This document shows positions 18,725 to 28,438 of a stretch of 64,000 nucleotides of DNA, one piece after another. Source of the DNA: an uncultured virus (IMG/VR IMGVR_UViG_3300017971_000213) (lineage: Duplodnaviria > Heunggongvirae > Uroviricota > Caudoviricetes); the IMG/VR virus record IMGVR_UViG_3300017971_000213, positions 62,001 through 126,000 of that record; one strand, given 5' to 3'. Position numbers and translations under genes: made by a program. The notes beneath the pieces are model-generated. The model searched no databases. It saw only the letters and a program-made list of their open reading frames with translations, and was not told the DNA's origin. Each line of letters opens with the position of its first letter. Within the stretch, counting starts at the first letter, position 1.

Positions 18725-20995
18725 CTACCACTGACCGCGTCCCTGGTAGACCTGGCCAACCGAGCCGGAATCTGTAGCGATCTGGCGCTTACGGATCGAC
18801 ATACGTCGCTTCTGGTTCGCCATCTCGTCCACGATGGAATCCTGCACCAGGTGGTGCGCGCCGACGTAGCAACGCGCGAGATCATCAGAGTCCTTGCCTC
18901 TGATCTGCCCCTTCTTGGGGTTGTAGAACTTTCGCAGATCGGGAGACCGTGTCAGTTTGAGCAGCTCAACCAGCGCTACCGACGAAGGCTGCATCTCCTC
19001 CTGAGGGGTGCCGATGACGAGCGCACCCGTGTCGGTGAGACCCACCGTGTCCCTCTGATCGGGAGGCAGCAGCTTGACACGGCCGTTGTAGGACATCCGG
19101 AGGAACCCCATGAAGTGTTCGGTCTTCAAGGTCACCTTGCGCGCCAGGATACCCATGGTGCGTAGCTGCTGTATCGTGGACTCAGAGTTCCAGTGGTCGA
19201 ACGCCACTCCGCCGATCCGAATCTTCTTCTGCAAGCTCTCCACGACATCAACCACGGAGTTGAACCAGATGTCACGGTCCACGGTGGGGACGATGCGGAG
19301 CGCGAAATCAACCACCGTACACAGCATCTCCCCCATGTGATCGTACGGGATACGCCCGGTGTTCTGAACATCCATGGCGGTCATGGCTCGACGACGATTG
19401 GCCTGGGACTCCTTGATCATCGCCCCGTCGGCACCCACGGGGATGTTGGCCCCCATGAAACTCCCCATCTGCTCCGCGAACACCACGTCCCAACCCGTGG
19501 AGGGTTCTACCCGCCCCGCCCCTGGAGGCGACTGTTGGGGCTTCTTGACAGGCACTCCGTTTTCGTCGAGCACCTCTGCGTTCGAGAACTCGCTGGCATC
19601 GATCCATTCCGGGTGGGCACAAACGAGAGCGAAAGAGTCCCAGGTCAACCCAGCATCACCGAATATGTAGTAGGTGTTGGTGTGGTCGAGCGCACAGTGC
19701 GCCAGCTCCGATCCCACGTAATCCTTGCCCGTGGGGTCCGTGAGGTAGGTCGACTGGAAGGTCGCGATGGGTTTGCGCTCGAAGTCGACGCTCTTCCAGA
19801 ACCTCTTGGGGTCGTCGACAAAAGGAGACTCGGCGTTGGGGGGATTGGCGCCGAAGTCACGCTCGGCCGCCACAGGGTCTTTGACGTACTCCTCGTCGAA
19901 GACCTCCCGAGGCATCTGCGGGTTGAACTCCCAGGTCGGACCCTTCCAGGCATAGGTGCGCTTCAGGGACCCATCAGAGGCCTTGTTGTAGGTCTCCATA
20001 GCGGGGTCATCCTGGGAAATCGGGCTGGTGACGTTGATCATCAGACCCATGAAAGCCGGAAGATCGTTGAGGTCCACGGCGGCACGGATCGTCTTCAACG
20101 ACTGGTTGAGCACACGGTACAGCTCCGTGGCCGAACGGGTACCCTCCGTATCAGAGAGACGCGCCCACTCGTCAATGGATGCCGCGATACGGGTCCTGCC
20201 GGCGACACCTCTAGAATCCGACGCGATGCGGTTGTAACGAACCTTGGCCCACCCGTCGAGGACCGCGTCGTCGTTGGTCCGGTAGGTCCACATGTCTGAA
20301 CCGGCCGGTTGTCGCTCCTCGAACCCCCGAACCCAGGACACGTACCGCTGAACCCACGGAGAGCCCTTCCGCATCTCCCGGTACTTGGCGTAGATGGTCT
20401 GCGCAGCCTGCGTGGCTGTACTGGCCGCAAAGGTGACCTCGAACCACTCCGCAGCAGCCTGCTTGAGCATCCGCTGGAGGTAGCCATGACCGAACATGGC
20501 TCGCGTGGACAGGAAGTGCTCGTAGTAGCCTCCGATGTGCGCACCCAGGTAGGACTTGCCGCTACGCATACCGGCCAGGACGATCATCTCGTTGTACGGG
20601 ATGAACATCCGGTCCCGGATCAACTCCCGCTGGGTATGGGTGCATCTTGGACAGACGAAGTCCTGGGCGCGCTCGTTCCACACGAGCAGAGTCTCGGACT
20701 CCAGGTAGATGCGAGACTTCCCCCAGCAGTCGATGTCCTCGGGCTTCATCGAGTTGCAGATCGGACAACGCGTGCAGAAAACGTCGCGCATGATCTGGTA
20801 CTGCCGCGAGTGATCAAACGTTGACGGCATGTTCCAGAAATCGACCCCCGTCACCCACTCGACGATGTTCGGTGCCGGGGTCCTCAAGTAGTCGACCTCC
20901 GGACCAGAGAGTCCGCCAGCGGTCCTCGACATCAACGACGTATCGATGTTGTTGGTGATACGGTCCAGGAAATCGAGGTTCTTGGGGTCGTTCAT
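18725..20995 (-). CDS. terL: Terminase large subunit
   Basis: Walker A GMRSGKS, Walker B SIDE, nuclease motifs FGDAG...DSF, AFDHWNS and SDDL. Confidence 0.88.
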   Translation of the reverse strand: MNDPKNLDFLDRITNNIDTSLMSRTAGGLSGPEVDYLRTPAPNIVEWVTGVDFWNMPSTFDHSRQYQIMRDVFCTRCPICNSMKPEDIDCWGKSRIYLESETLLVWNERAQDFVCPRCTHTQRELIRDRMFIPYNEMIVLAGMRSGKSYLGAHIGGYYEHFLSTRAMFGHGYLQRMLKQAAAEWFEVTFAASTATQAAQTIYAKYREMRKGSPWVQRYVSWVRGFEERQPAGSDMWTYRTNDDAVLDGWAKVRYNRIASDSRGVAGRTRIAASIDEWARLSDTEGTRSATELYRVLNQSLKTIRAAVDLNDLPAFMGLMINVTSPISQDDPAMETYNKASDGSLKRTYAWKGPTWEFNPQMPREVFDEEYVKDPVAAERDFGANPPNAESPFVDDPKRFWKSVDFERKPIATFQSTYLTDPTGKDYVGSELAHCALDHTNTYYIFGDAGLTWDSFALVCAHPEWIDASEFSNAEVLDENGVPVKKPQQSPPGAGRVEPSTGWDVVFAEQMGSFMGANIPVGADGAMIKESQANRRRAMTAMDVQNTGRIPYDHMGEMLCTVVDFALRIVPTVDRDIWFNSVVDVVESLQKKIRIGGVAFDHWNSESTIQQLRTMGILARKVTLKTEHFMGFLRMSYNGRVKLLPPDQRDTVGLTDTGALVIGTPQEEMQPSSVALVELLKLTRSPDLRKFYNPKKGQIRGKDSDDLARCYVGAHHLVQDSIVDEMANQKRRMSIRKRQIATDSGSVGQVYQGRGQW

Positions 20996-21279
20996 AAGTT
21001 GACCGGCTCCAGCATGAAGCTGTTGACGCGATGCCTGCCCATGGAAATGATGATTCGGGCGTCGGGTACATCCTCCGGGACCCTGTAGGGGTGGCCGTCC
21101 AGGTAGAGCACGAGCGCCTTGATCTTGGCGATCTCCGTAACCGGCACCGTCAGCAACGCCACGTCCACGGGCTCCCCTTCCTCGTAGGCCGAGTCGTCCC
21201 GGAGGACGATCCTGCCAATGGGTCTCCCCATTCTATCACGAACCGCGTGGTCTCTCTTGAAGCTCTTCACGATAGTCAT
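20992..21279 (-). CDS. Hypothetical protein
   Basis: 95-aa ORF coupled to both neighbours. Confidence 0.65.
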   Translation of the reverse strand: MTIVKSFKRDHAVRDRMGRPIGRIVLRDDSAYEEGEPVDVALLTVPVTEIAKIKALVLYLDGHPYRVPEDVPDARIIISMGRHRVNSFMLEPVNL

Positions 21280-22109
21280 TTTATCTTGTACTTTTTAGAA
21301 ATGTTTTTCAAGACGACAGGGATGGCGTCCTTGAGCGCAGAACCCACGGTGTTCAAGACCAGGCCCTCCATCTGCTGAGGTAGAGACGAACCTGGTAACT
21401 CCCTGGCGATGTTGGACCGCATCTCTATCAGGACGTCCTTGAGCGACCCCACGGTGAGATTGACAATCTGCTCGATGGCCTCCTGAAGGGCGGCACCCGC
21501 GATGGCCTCCGAGGACTGAAGGACCGCCAGCTCCTTCTTCATCCCCATCAGCTCCTTGATGAGCTTCTGGAAGAGCTGAATCTCTGACAGGTCGACCGGC
21601 CGGTCCTGCTCCGCACGATCCTTGGCGAGCAGCTTGCCGTTGTACATGGTCAGCCGATCCTCAGCCGCCGACACCAAGCGCTGCATGCGGCAGTAGTCCT
21701 CAACCTCCTCCGACGTCTCCGCAGGAGAGGACAGCGTCAAGAAAGGAGCCTTCGCCGCCTGAGCGCTAGCGGCCTTCGGATCGTTTCGACGCAAGTCCTT
21801 CTGCGTGTAATGGACGCCTGCGGTCAGCGCCTGCTCCATCTCCTCGACCGAGATGACGTGGCTGCGGAAATGGTTGTACACCGTGGTCTGGTGGAACGGC
21901 GTGATGTAGTTCTCGATGTCAGCGGGGTCGTGACCGGCGTTCAGGACGTCGAGCCTCGTGTTCAGCCACTCGGCTACCTGCGTACGGCTCTCCCCCAGGA
22001 TGAGGACACGACGATGGGCCTCCTCCCACAAGGCAACGTCCTTGTCGAAGAGAGCGCAGAGCTTGCAGCGCGGGGAGAGTTTGAGCTTCTCCATACCCCT
22101 AATATACAA
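21276..22109 (-). CDS. Hypothetical protein, possible terminase small subunit
   Basis: N-terminal CKLC...HFRSH (Zn/HTH-like), helical C-terminus; two genes upstream of terL. Confidence 0.45.
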   Translation of the reverse strand: MYIRGMEKLKLSPRCKLCALFDKDVALWEEAHRRVLILGESRTQVAEWLNTRLDVLNAGHDPADIENYITPFHQTTVYNHFRSHVISVEEMEQALTAGVHYTQKDLRRNDPKAASAQAAKAPFLTLSSPAETSEEVEDYCRMQRLVSAAEDRLTMYNGKLLAKDRAEQDRPVDLSEIQLFQKLIKELMGMKKELAVLQSSEAIAGAALQEAIEQIVNLTVGSLKDVLIEMRSNIARELPGSSLPQQMEGLVLNTVGSALKDAIPVVLKNISKKYKIK

Positions 22110-22132
22110 CGTCAGGCATGGAGGATCTAGCT

Positions 22133-22576
22133 CTAGCGGTCTTCGACAGCCCTTCGTACAGCGTCTTCGATGGCCGTCACAGTGATCCTGCTCGCGGAGT
22201 CCTCCTGCCGATGACGATCCTCGACCTGCTCAAGAACCTTGTTGTTCGCCTCCAGGTTGTAAGATAGCCCGGCCAGGTACCACACGAACATAGCCCCAGA
22301 CGTCAGCAGCACGAGAATGACTGCCGCGAACCCCCTCGCGTACCACTTGTACATACTCTGCACGGCTTCCTGGTTTCGCACACTCAACTGTTCCACACCA
22401 GCGATCCTCGCTTCCTGTTCGCATGGATGCTTTGTGCCCACCTTACCGGTCAACTCGTCAATCTTCTCGTCCAAGCGCTTCACCTCAGACTTCACAACGG
22501 CTTTGTCAGACTTCTCGCCTACCTCGCGCTCCATCCAACGCTTCCAGTCCCCGGACTTATCTACGCCATTCGCCAT
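22133..22576 (-). CDS. Single-TM membrane protein (holin-like?)
   Basis: GGAGG RBS before MANGVDK; coiled coil followed by a hydrophobic helix. Confidence 0.55.
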   Translation of the reverse strand: MANGVDKSGDWKRWMEREVGEKSDKAVVKSEVKRLDEKIDELTGKVGTKHPCEQEARIAGVEQLSVRNQEAVQSMYKWYARGFAAVILVLLTSGAMFVWYLAGLSYNLEANNKVLEQVEDRHRQEDSASRITVTAIEDAVRRAVEDR

Positions 22577-23078
22577 TACCCGCAACCTCCGGAAGAACAA
22601 ACACGCGCCGGAACTTTTCGCGGACCATTCTACCCCAGTACGAGTTGGTCTTTTAAAGTTCGAAAATGAAGATCGAAAGACGAAAAAGTGATAGATATGG
22701 CAAGTTTCTACAAACGTTTGATCCATAGCTTCCGTGATCAATAAGATCCTATGATCATAAAGTCTAAGAAATACTAGCAGATCTGTATATTGCTGGAGGA
22801 AGATTCCTTGCGAAGCAAGGGATCTTCCGAAAGCCTGGCGGGGACCCGAAAACAGCGCAAAGAGCACAGAATTTCAAGATAGCTGGATTTTATGTACTCA
22901 GTTGTAATTCTCTGAAAGGATCGGAAAACACGTTGCATCGTATACCGAATAATGTACCTTTTTACCTTAACATACAAGAAAGGGTTCTGTAAGGTTGACC
23001 CTTTCGTGCACCCCAGGGTAAGCGTGTACCCAGAAACTCTAAGAGTCCCGCAGAGTTAAAATTTTTTCAGAAAACGAT

Positions 23079-23591
23079 CTAGAGCTTACGGAGGGTGAAG
23101 CACTGGAGGGTATCGTCGGAGTCCCGGAACACCGCCAGCACCTGGTACCCTTGTGGGGCTAGGAAGCCGTTGAGTACCCCCAGGAACCCGATCAACGTGT
23201 GGGGGCTACCTTCGGTCTGAACAACCTGTACGTAGGGATCACGGGCCAGGACTTCGTTACAGGGAACTCTACTACCGATGAGGTCATCCACCGCAGACAC
23301 GTCCAGCTCGACCAGGCGGTTCAGGTAGTCCACCCAGGACTGTGGGGTCATGTCGAAGATGTTCGGCTCGTTCGGTGGCTCCTCATCTTTCAGAACGGCC
23401 CCGTAGGACATCCCCAGGTCCTCCAGGAACCACTCCTCTACGTACTCCACTACATCACTCTCTAGGAGTCCTCCGTCTTCGTCGAAACAGTGCTCGGGGA
23501 CTCTGATGACGTCTGTGAACTTGCCTGCTCCTGGGAAAGACAACCACGCTCTAACATCTCGGAGATCATCTTCTCGTGAGCTTCCAGCCAT
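23079..23591 (-). CDS. Hypothetical protein
   Basis: 170-aa ORF; start uncertain because of overlap. Confidence 0.55.
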   Translation of the reverse strand: MAGSSREDDLRDVRAWLSFPGAGKFTDVIRVPEHCFDEDGGLLESDVVEYVEEWFLEDLGMSYGAVLKDEEPPNEPNIFDMTPQSWVDYLNRLVELDVSAVDDLIGSRVPCNEVLARDPYVQVVQTEGSPHTLIGFLGVLNGFLAPQGYQVLAVFRDSDDTLQCFTLRKL

Positions 23592-23908
23592 TCTCGCCTC
23601 TCTTCCTCTGCCTGAAGCCTCCCCTGGGCCTCCAGGATGGCGTTGTACAACCCCAGCAGCTCGCGTCCCGGTTGGAGCTGGAGCGAAGTCTCCACGATCT
23701 CCGGACCGCCCTGTTCCGCGTAGACCACGGTACCTGCGGCGATGTGAGCGATCACGACCCGACGCAGACCCTGGAGTATCTCCCCCTCGGTGACCTTGGC
23801 CCCCTCCAGTGCTTCGTTGATCTCCGAGTACAGGAGTTCTCGTGGGTTGCCGTGCTCGTCGAGGTAGGTGGACTGTAGGCGCTCGAACAGTGCTTGCAGT
23901 CGGTTCAA
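23462..23908 (-). CDS. Hypothetical protein
   Basis: 148-aa ORF coupled to upstream stop. Confidence 0.5.
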   Translation of the reverse strand: MNRLQALFERLQSTYLDEHGNPRELLYSEINEALEGAKVTEGEILQGLRRVVIAHIAAGTVVYAEQGGPEIVETSLQLQPGRELLGLYNAILEAQGRLQAEEERREWLEAHEKMISEMLERGCLSQEQASSQTSSESPSTVSTKTEDS

Positions 23909-24153
23909 CCCACCGCCCCCTTCATAGGACTCCAGAAGCGCTCAGGGACTTCCTCGGGGTCGAAGATGTAGCGACACTGGTCGCAACGGTGAAGTCTGCC
24001 GTGATGGTCAGGCTCGATGATCGCCCCCGTGGGCTTGCAGATGTTCTGTTCGGGGAACTTCGTGTACTGCACGAGGTGCTCGCAGTCATCGGCACAGAAG
24101 TTGGGACCGAACTTGTCGCTGGTCTTGACCTGGAAAGTCGTCTCTTGGATCAT
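23905..24153 (-). CDS. Small Cys-rich hypothetical protein
   Basis: Start MIQETTF with GGAG RBS. Confidence 0.55.
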   Translation of the reverse strand: MIQETTFQVKTSDKFGPNFCADDCEHLVQYTKFPEQNICKPTGAIIEPDHHGRLHRCDQCRYIFDPEEVPERFWSPMKGAVG

Positions 24154-24542
24154 TCTCCTGCCTCCGAATCTAGGTACAGTTGGATGTGCATTGAGGGCCT
24201 GGGGTACGGAAGGTGCCACCTGCGGATGACGCGACCTCGTACTTTTTGGTCCACCCACACGCAGGCACCCTTCTTGTTCTTGGCCTCCCTGGCCTCCAGG
24301 ATACGCTCCTCTTCCTTGTCCCTCACACGGACCACCGTCGGGTAGAACCCTGGGATGGACGGTGCATCGGTGGTCATGAACCCATTCAGAAAGTTCTCCC
24401 ACACCTCTAGCTCTTCTCGCCCTTCGAGGAGGCACTTCTCACAGATGAGCTGACCTCGGTCACCCATGGGTTCCGGATCAGCGAGAACGTGGACATAGGG
24501 GTTAGTCGCTCGCATCGACTGCTCCTGTTGCTTGCGACCCAT
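24150..24542 (-). CDS. Hypothetical protein
   Basis: ORF in co-directional string. Confidence 0.55.
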   Translation of the reverse strand: MGRKQQEQSMRATNPYVHVLADPEPMGDRGQLICEKCLLEGREELEVWENFLNGFMTTDAPSIPGFYPTVVRVRDKEEERILEAREAKNKKGACVWVDQKVRGRVIRRWHLPYPRPSMHIQLYLDSEAGE

Positions 24543-24840
24543 AGGGCAACGACCGTAGCTCTAGAGGCTCCAGTCTCCCTTCGAGTGCAGCGATCTTGGT
24601 TTCGTGCTCTTCAAGAATCGCGCTGACCTCGGTGTTGAGGCGTTCGTTCTCCTGCACGAGAGCACTGTTGATGGATTCGAGGTGGGCGATACGCTCCATG
24701 AGCTTCTGATTGGTCTCCAGCGCCCGTCGGAGGAGGTCAGGTAGGTCTTGCAGCCCTCCGAGCTGGTTCAGAGCGGCTTGGGCCTGCTGACGTACCTGCT
24801 TAGCCTTCGGAGGGGTTCTCTTTATCTTCCTCTGCGACAT
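24502..24840 (-). CDS. Coiled-coil hypothetical protein
   Basis: Start MSQRKIK with GGAGAGG RBS. Confidence 0.6.
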   Translation of the reverse strand: MSQRKIKRTPPKAKQVRQQAQAALNQLGGLQDLPDLLRRALETNQKLMERIAHLESINSALVQENERLNTEVSAILEEHETKIAALEGRLEPLELRSLPYGSQATGAVDASD

Positions 24841-25165
24841 CAACCTCTCCTGGCAAACCCAGCTCACACACGACCTCCCACAAGGACAACGCGAGGAGAC
24901 CCCCACGGGCCTCGTCCCCCTTGTCCTTCAGCTCACCCGCGATTTGGATAGAGCGAGCAAGACAGGTCCGGATCACCTCTTCGTAGATGGAAGCCTCGGC
25001 GTGGAGTACCTCTTCCTCCGTCAGACCCTCGTCGATGGTCTTCGTGACCACCCCGAGTGCACGAAGCACTGATGCCTCCAGAAGGTCCAAAACAGGTTTT
25101 GTCGAGGTCTCGATGAGGGCTGTCAGATCGGAACGTTCGAGCACCTTCTCTTCGAAATCTGGCAT
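24800..25165 (-). CDS. Hypothetical protein
   Basis: 121-aa ORF with GAGG RBS. Confidence 0.6.
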   Translation of the reverse strand: MPDFEEKVLERSDLTALIETSTKPVLDLLEASVLRALGVVTKTIDEGLTEEEVLHAEASIYEEVIRTCLARSIQIAGELKDKGDEARGGLLALSLWEVVCELGLPGEVDVAEEDKENPSEG

Positions 25166-25230
25166 AAGGGCACCTCTCTATAGTAGACAGATCACACCCA
25201 TAATATACAAGAAAGAGTCAGAGGGGAAGG

Positions 25231-25800
25231 CTACTTCTCGACAGGAACGCCAGGAGGGGTGTCGGTGCGGAAGAAGTACTCGCTGGCTTTCCAATACACC
25301 TGGAGGTATAGAGGAGAGACCTCCGGAGGCTTCCACTTCTCTGTATCCGGGATCGGACCGAGCCCTTCTACGTCACCCGCTCCGGGAAGCTTGCCAGCCT
25401 TCATGACACGTCCAACACCTTCAGAACAGAACAGTCTGTGGTGCCGGTGAACGGGTTTGAGAATCGTCTTACCGAACAGACGGAAGACGATCAACTTGAA
25501 CAACCCCCAGAGGAGCCCACGCCAATCGTACTTGGCACCGACGAAGTCCGTGATCGTCCTGAGTGCCGGCCAGAGGTCGTTCTTGCACTCGTAGCACTCG
25601 ATGTAGTTGATCCGGTCGAGCTTCTCCACGGGTAGCTTCCTGACGCCATGCTCGTTGATCTCAACGGCCCACCAGCCACCCCACTCCTTGGACTCGTAGA
25701 GGATGAACGAGTGGTTGACGTTCGTCCGCATCGCCCACTGAAGAAGCTTCCCGTACCAGGCGTTGCTCCCAGTGACGCAAAACAGGATACGAGAACTCAC
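25231..25800 (-). CDS. Permuted papain-like NlpC/P60 (YiiX-like) amidase
   Basis: His motif NHSFILY precedes GAKYDW and the FCSE catalytic Cys. Confidence 0.7.
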   Translation of the reverse strand: MSSRILFCVTGSNAWYGKLLQWAMRTNVNHSFILYESKEWGGWWAVEINEHGVRKLPVEKLDRINYIECYECKNDLWPALRTITDFVGAKYDWRGLLWGLFKLIVFRLFGKTILKPVHRHHRLFCSEGVGRVMKAGKLPGAGDVEGLGPIPDTEKWKPPEVSPLYLQVYWKASEYFFRTDTPPGVPVEK

Positions 25801-25979
25801 GGAGCGACCTCAACCCAGGACGAGCCGTCCCAGACCTTCAGAGCCTCGGCCTGGGTATCGAAGATGACCTCCTTCGGTGAAGGGGAAGAGGGGTAGTTGG
25901 ACACCCCGTCGACGTCCTTCGAAGGGAGTAGTGACCGCAGCATCTTCTTCACGTCGGACTTCTTGATCTTTGGAGTCAT
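25797..25979 (-). CDS. Small structural-type protein
   Basis: GGAGG RBS; IFDT...LKVWDGSSW fibre-type motif. Confidence 0.5.
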   Translation of the reverse strand: MTPKIKKSDVKKMLRSLLPSKDVDGVSNYPSSPSPKEVIFDTQAEALKVWDGSSWVEVAP

Positions 25980-25988
25980 CTGTACCTC

Positions 25989-27302
25989 CTAAGGAATGAC
26001 GGTCCCCGCAGGGTCTACCCAGCCAGGCAAGAAGGCGTTGTACACGAGCGTGACGCCATTTCCAGCTCCGCCACCGGGAGCAGTATCGTAGGCGAAGAAC
26101 TCATACCCGTGTGGAGGTTTAGGGGGCCGCTGATCGGTGCCTTGCACAGTCCCAGATCCCCACGTGCCCGTCCACATCCTGACTAGAGTCCCGTTGACCA
26201 CCCAGTTCTCGTAAGGGGCCGAACCGGGACCTCCAAAGGCGTTGAGCGCAACGTCTCCCTCTATCATGAAAGAGGTCGCATCGATGTCTACCGGTGTCCC
26301 AGGGATGCCGCCGAGATTGATCATCCTGGCAGCAAACACCGCAGTTCCCGTAGTGGCTTTGACGCCGTTCTGCCCATCAATGAGGCAGTCCACCGCAGCG
26401 AATACACTGGCATCAGCGTCCACTGCTGTTCCGCTTGAGATGTCGGCAGAGATGCCAGCACCGCTTGTCGCGATCAACGTAGCTCCGTTACGGAGCTTGG
26501 CACCCGTGTCGGCGTTCCCGTCTGTACCTCCGCTGATGACGAACGCTCCCCCTCCGTCGAGATAGTAACCATCTCCCCCGGACGGGTTGTCCACGCCGCA
26601 GAAGACGCAAAGAACGTTCGTATCCGGAGGCAGCGTATCTACAAAGATACCGCGACCTCCTCCCATCGCAGTACACGAACAGTACGAAAGGAACGACTCG
26701 TCACCCGCCCCGAGACCGTCATCGATGACATGAACCGGAGAATCAGTAGTGCTGAAAGAGCTGTTCTCGATTGTGATCCCTACGATCCCACAATCGTGCA
26801 TGGGCATCGTTACGGTGTGACCTGAGGTGGCGTGCAGAACAGTCGACTTGCTGAGACCAAAGCTCAGCGTTGTGCACAGATACACGTACCTCTTCAGGAC
26901 CAACGACTCTATCTCGTAGAACCCTGGGGCCAAGACGATGACGTATCTGTTGTCGTCGGTGGCATCCGTGATGGCGTCAACCGCTTCCTGGATAGTCTCG
27001 AAGTCCCCGTCTCCAGAAGGGGTCAACGAGTACACGGTCCCCTCCAGCAGTTCTGTGATGTCCCTGTTCTTGAGGTCCCTGACCTTGGCCGCTGTCAGCT
27101 CCACAGACCCCAGAAAAACCCTACAACGAGACCTCTCCGTGTACTGCGCCACCGTCTCTACAAAGAGGTCGTCGAACTGGAGCGAAGCCAAGTTCACAGG
27201 TTTTGTCTGGAGTGCCCCCACGGATACGCTGGGCTTACCGTACTCTCCGTCGATGGAGAGTACGTTCTTGGTCAAGTTCTGGATCGTCAACTGGACGCTC
27301 AT
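25989..27302 (-). CDS. Virion protein with pectinesterase-like beta-helix
   Basis: GDFETIQEAVDA...VIVLAPGFY motif; start MSVQLT. Confidence 0.6.
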   Translation of the reverse strand: MSVQLTIQNLTKNVLSIDGEYGKPSVSVGALQTKPVNLASLQFDDLFVETVAQYTERSRCRVFLGSVELTAAKVRDLKNRDITELLEGTVYSLTPSGDGDFETIQEAVDAITDATDDNRYVIVLAPGFYEIESLVLKRYVYLCTTLSFGLSKSTVLHATSGHTVTMPMHDCGIVGITIENSSFSTTDSPVHVIDDGLGAGDESFLSYCSCTAMGGGRGIFVDTLPPDTNVLCVFCGVDNPSGGDGYYLDGGGAFVISGGTDGNADTGAKLRNGATLIATSGAGISADISSGTAVDADASVFAAVDCLIDGQNGVKATTGTAVFAARMINLGGIPGTPVDIDATSFMIEGDVALNAFGGPGSAPYENWVVNGTLVRMWTGTWGSGTVQGTDQRPPKPPHGYEFFAYDTAPGGGAGNGVTLVYNAFLPGWVDPAGTVIP

Positions 27303-28435
27303 ACGGACCTCTCTTCCAGGCACTCTTTCCAGATCTGAACGTTCTTCTGGATTCTAGGGTTCGCACCGACCTTCAAGGCCTTTTCAGCCTGCTCGACGGC
27401 AGCACCGAACATCCCCAAATGGTTGTACGTCATGGACAGGAGGTCGTAACGATCTACCTGATAGATCTTGGGGTTCACGAACAGCTTGCACTGAGGCTGA
27501 TCCATCTGGACGCACCTCTCTAACCAGACTCGTGCCTCGTGGTACCTTTGCTGCTTGTACGCTAGATTTCCGAGATAGTAGTACGCTTCCGCCATCTCCG
27601 GATACTCCTCGATGGCCAAAACATACTGGTTCCGGGCAGCGTCGATATCCCCCAGGTTACTGTGACACGTTGCCGCACCCACCCTGGAGTGCCAGCGCTC
27701 TTCATTCCATACGCTGAACTTCAAGCACTCTATGAAGGCCCGATGCCCCTCGTCCCACCGACCGTTCTCTTTGTAGGCCGTCGCCAGGTAGAACCAGCTC
27801 CGAGCGTCGTCTCCGTCGATACGAAGTTTCTTACGGAACGCTTCGATGTTGGCCTTTGAGCGCTGTCGGTCACGCTCCGCTTTCGACTCAGGGTCTTGGT
27901 CGCACTTCCGGTGCTCTACCCTGACGAATTTTTCTTTGTACGTCGACTTCGTCACCGGAAGATTGTGGATAGGGTTCTTGTACAGAACATCTGAACGCAT
28001 CAACCTCACAGAACCGAAACGCGTCTGGGGTACCCCTTCTTCGTCTGGCTCGAAGAGCACAAGCACCTCCACAGAGTCACACCCTGCGCGCTCTGCTTCT
28101 GTGATGGCATCTGTCAGCCCAGATGCGTTGAGAACTGTCTCGTGGCCATCCAGGACCAAACGCCAGGAGTCTGGATGGCACTCACGGAAAACCTTGTTCC
28201 GGGCATTCGAGAAACCCCAGTCTCCCTCACCGTTGAGGGGTCCGCAGAGTTCTAGCTCTTCGGTGAGGTGAATGTCGACGAGCGTATCCGCCCACTTCTC
28301 CGCGATTTCTCTCGTTCCGTCTGAGGATGCTACATCGAGCCCGATAACGATTTCGTCTACGTGCTCGCGAACCGCCTGAATGGTGCGCTCCAGGGTGCGC
28401 ACCTCGTTCTTCACGATCATCGCCAGTGAGAGCAC
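27299..28435 (-). CDS. Glycosyltransferase family 2 with C-terminal TPRs
   Basis: SLAMIVKNE...DEIVIGLD...SSDGT, LVLDGHE, then TPR motifs (RSWFYLA, AEAYYYLG). Confidence 0.85.
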   Translation of the reverse strand: MLSLAMIVKNEVRTLERTIQAVREHVDEIVIGLDVASSDGTREIAEKWADTLVDIHLTEELELCGPLNGEGDWGFSNARNKVFRECHPDSWRLVLDGHETVLNASGLTDAITEAERAGCDSVEVLVLFEPDEEGVPQTRFGSVRLMRSDVLYKNPIHNLPVTKSTYKEKFVRVEHRKCDQDPESKAERDRQRSKANIEAFRKKLRIDGDDARSWFYLATAYKENGRWDEGHRAFIECLKFSVWNEERWHSRVGAATCHSNLGDIDAARNQYVLAIEEYPEMAEAYYYLGNLAYKQQRYHEARVWLERCVQMDQPQCKLFVNPKIYQVDRYDLLSMTYNHLGMFGAAVEQAEKALKVGANPRIQKNVQIWKECLEERSV

Positions 28436-28438
28436 CCC

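Noticed and set aside
22577..22867. Extended N-terminus of the 244-aa ORF
   Set aside because: It runs through the AT-rich non-coding region; the RBS and promoter motif support the start at 22576.
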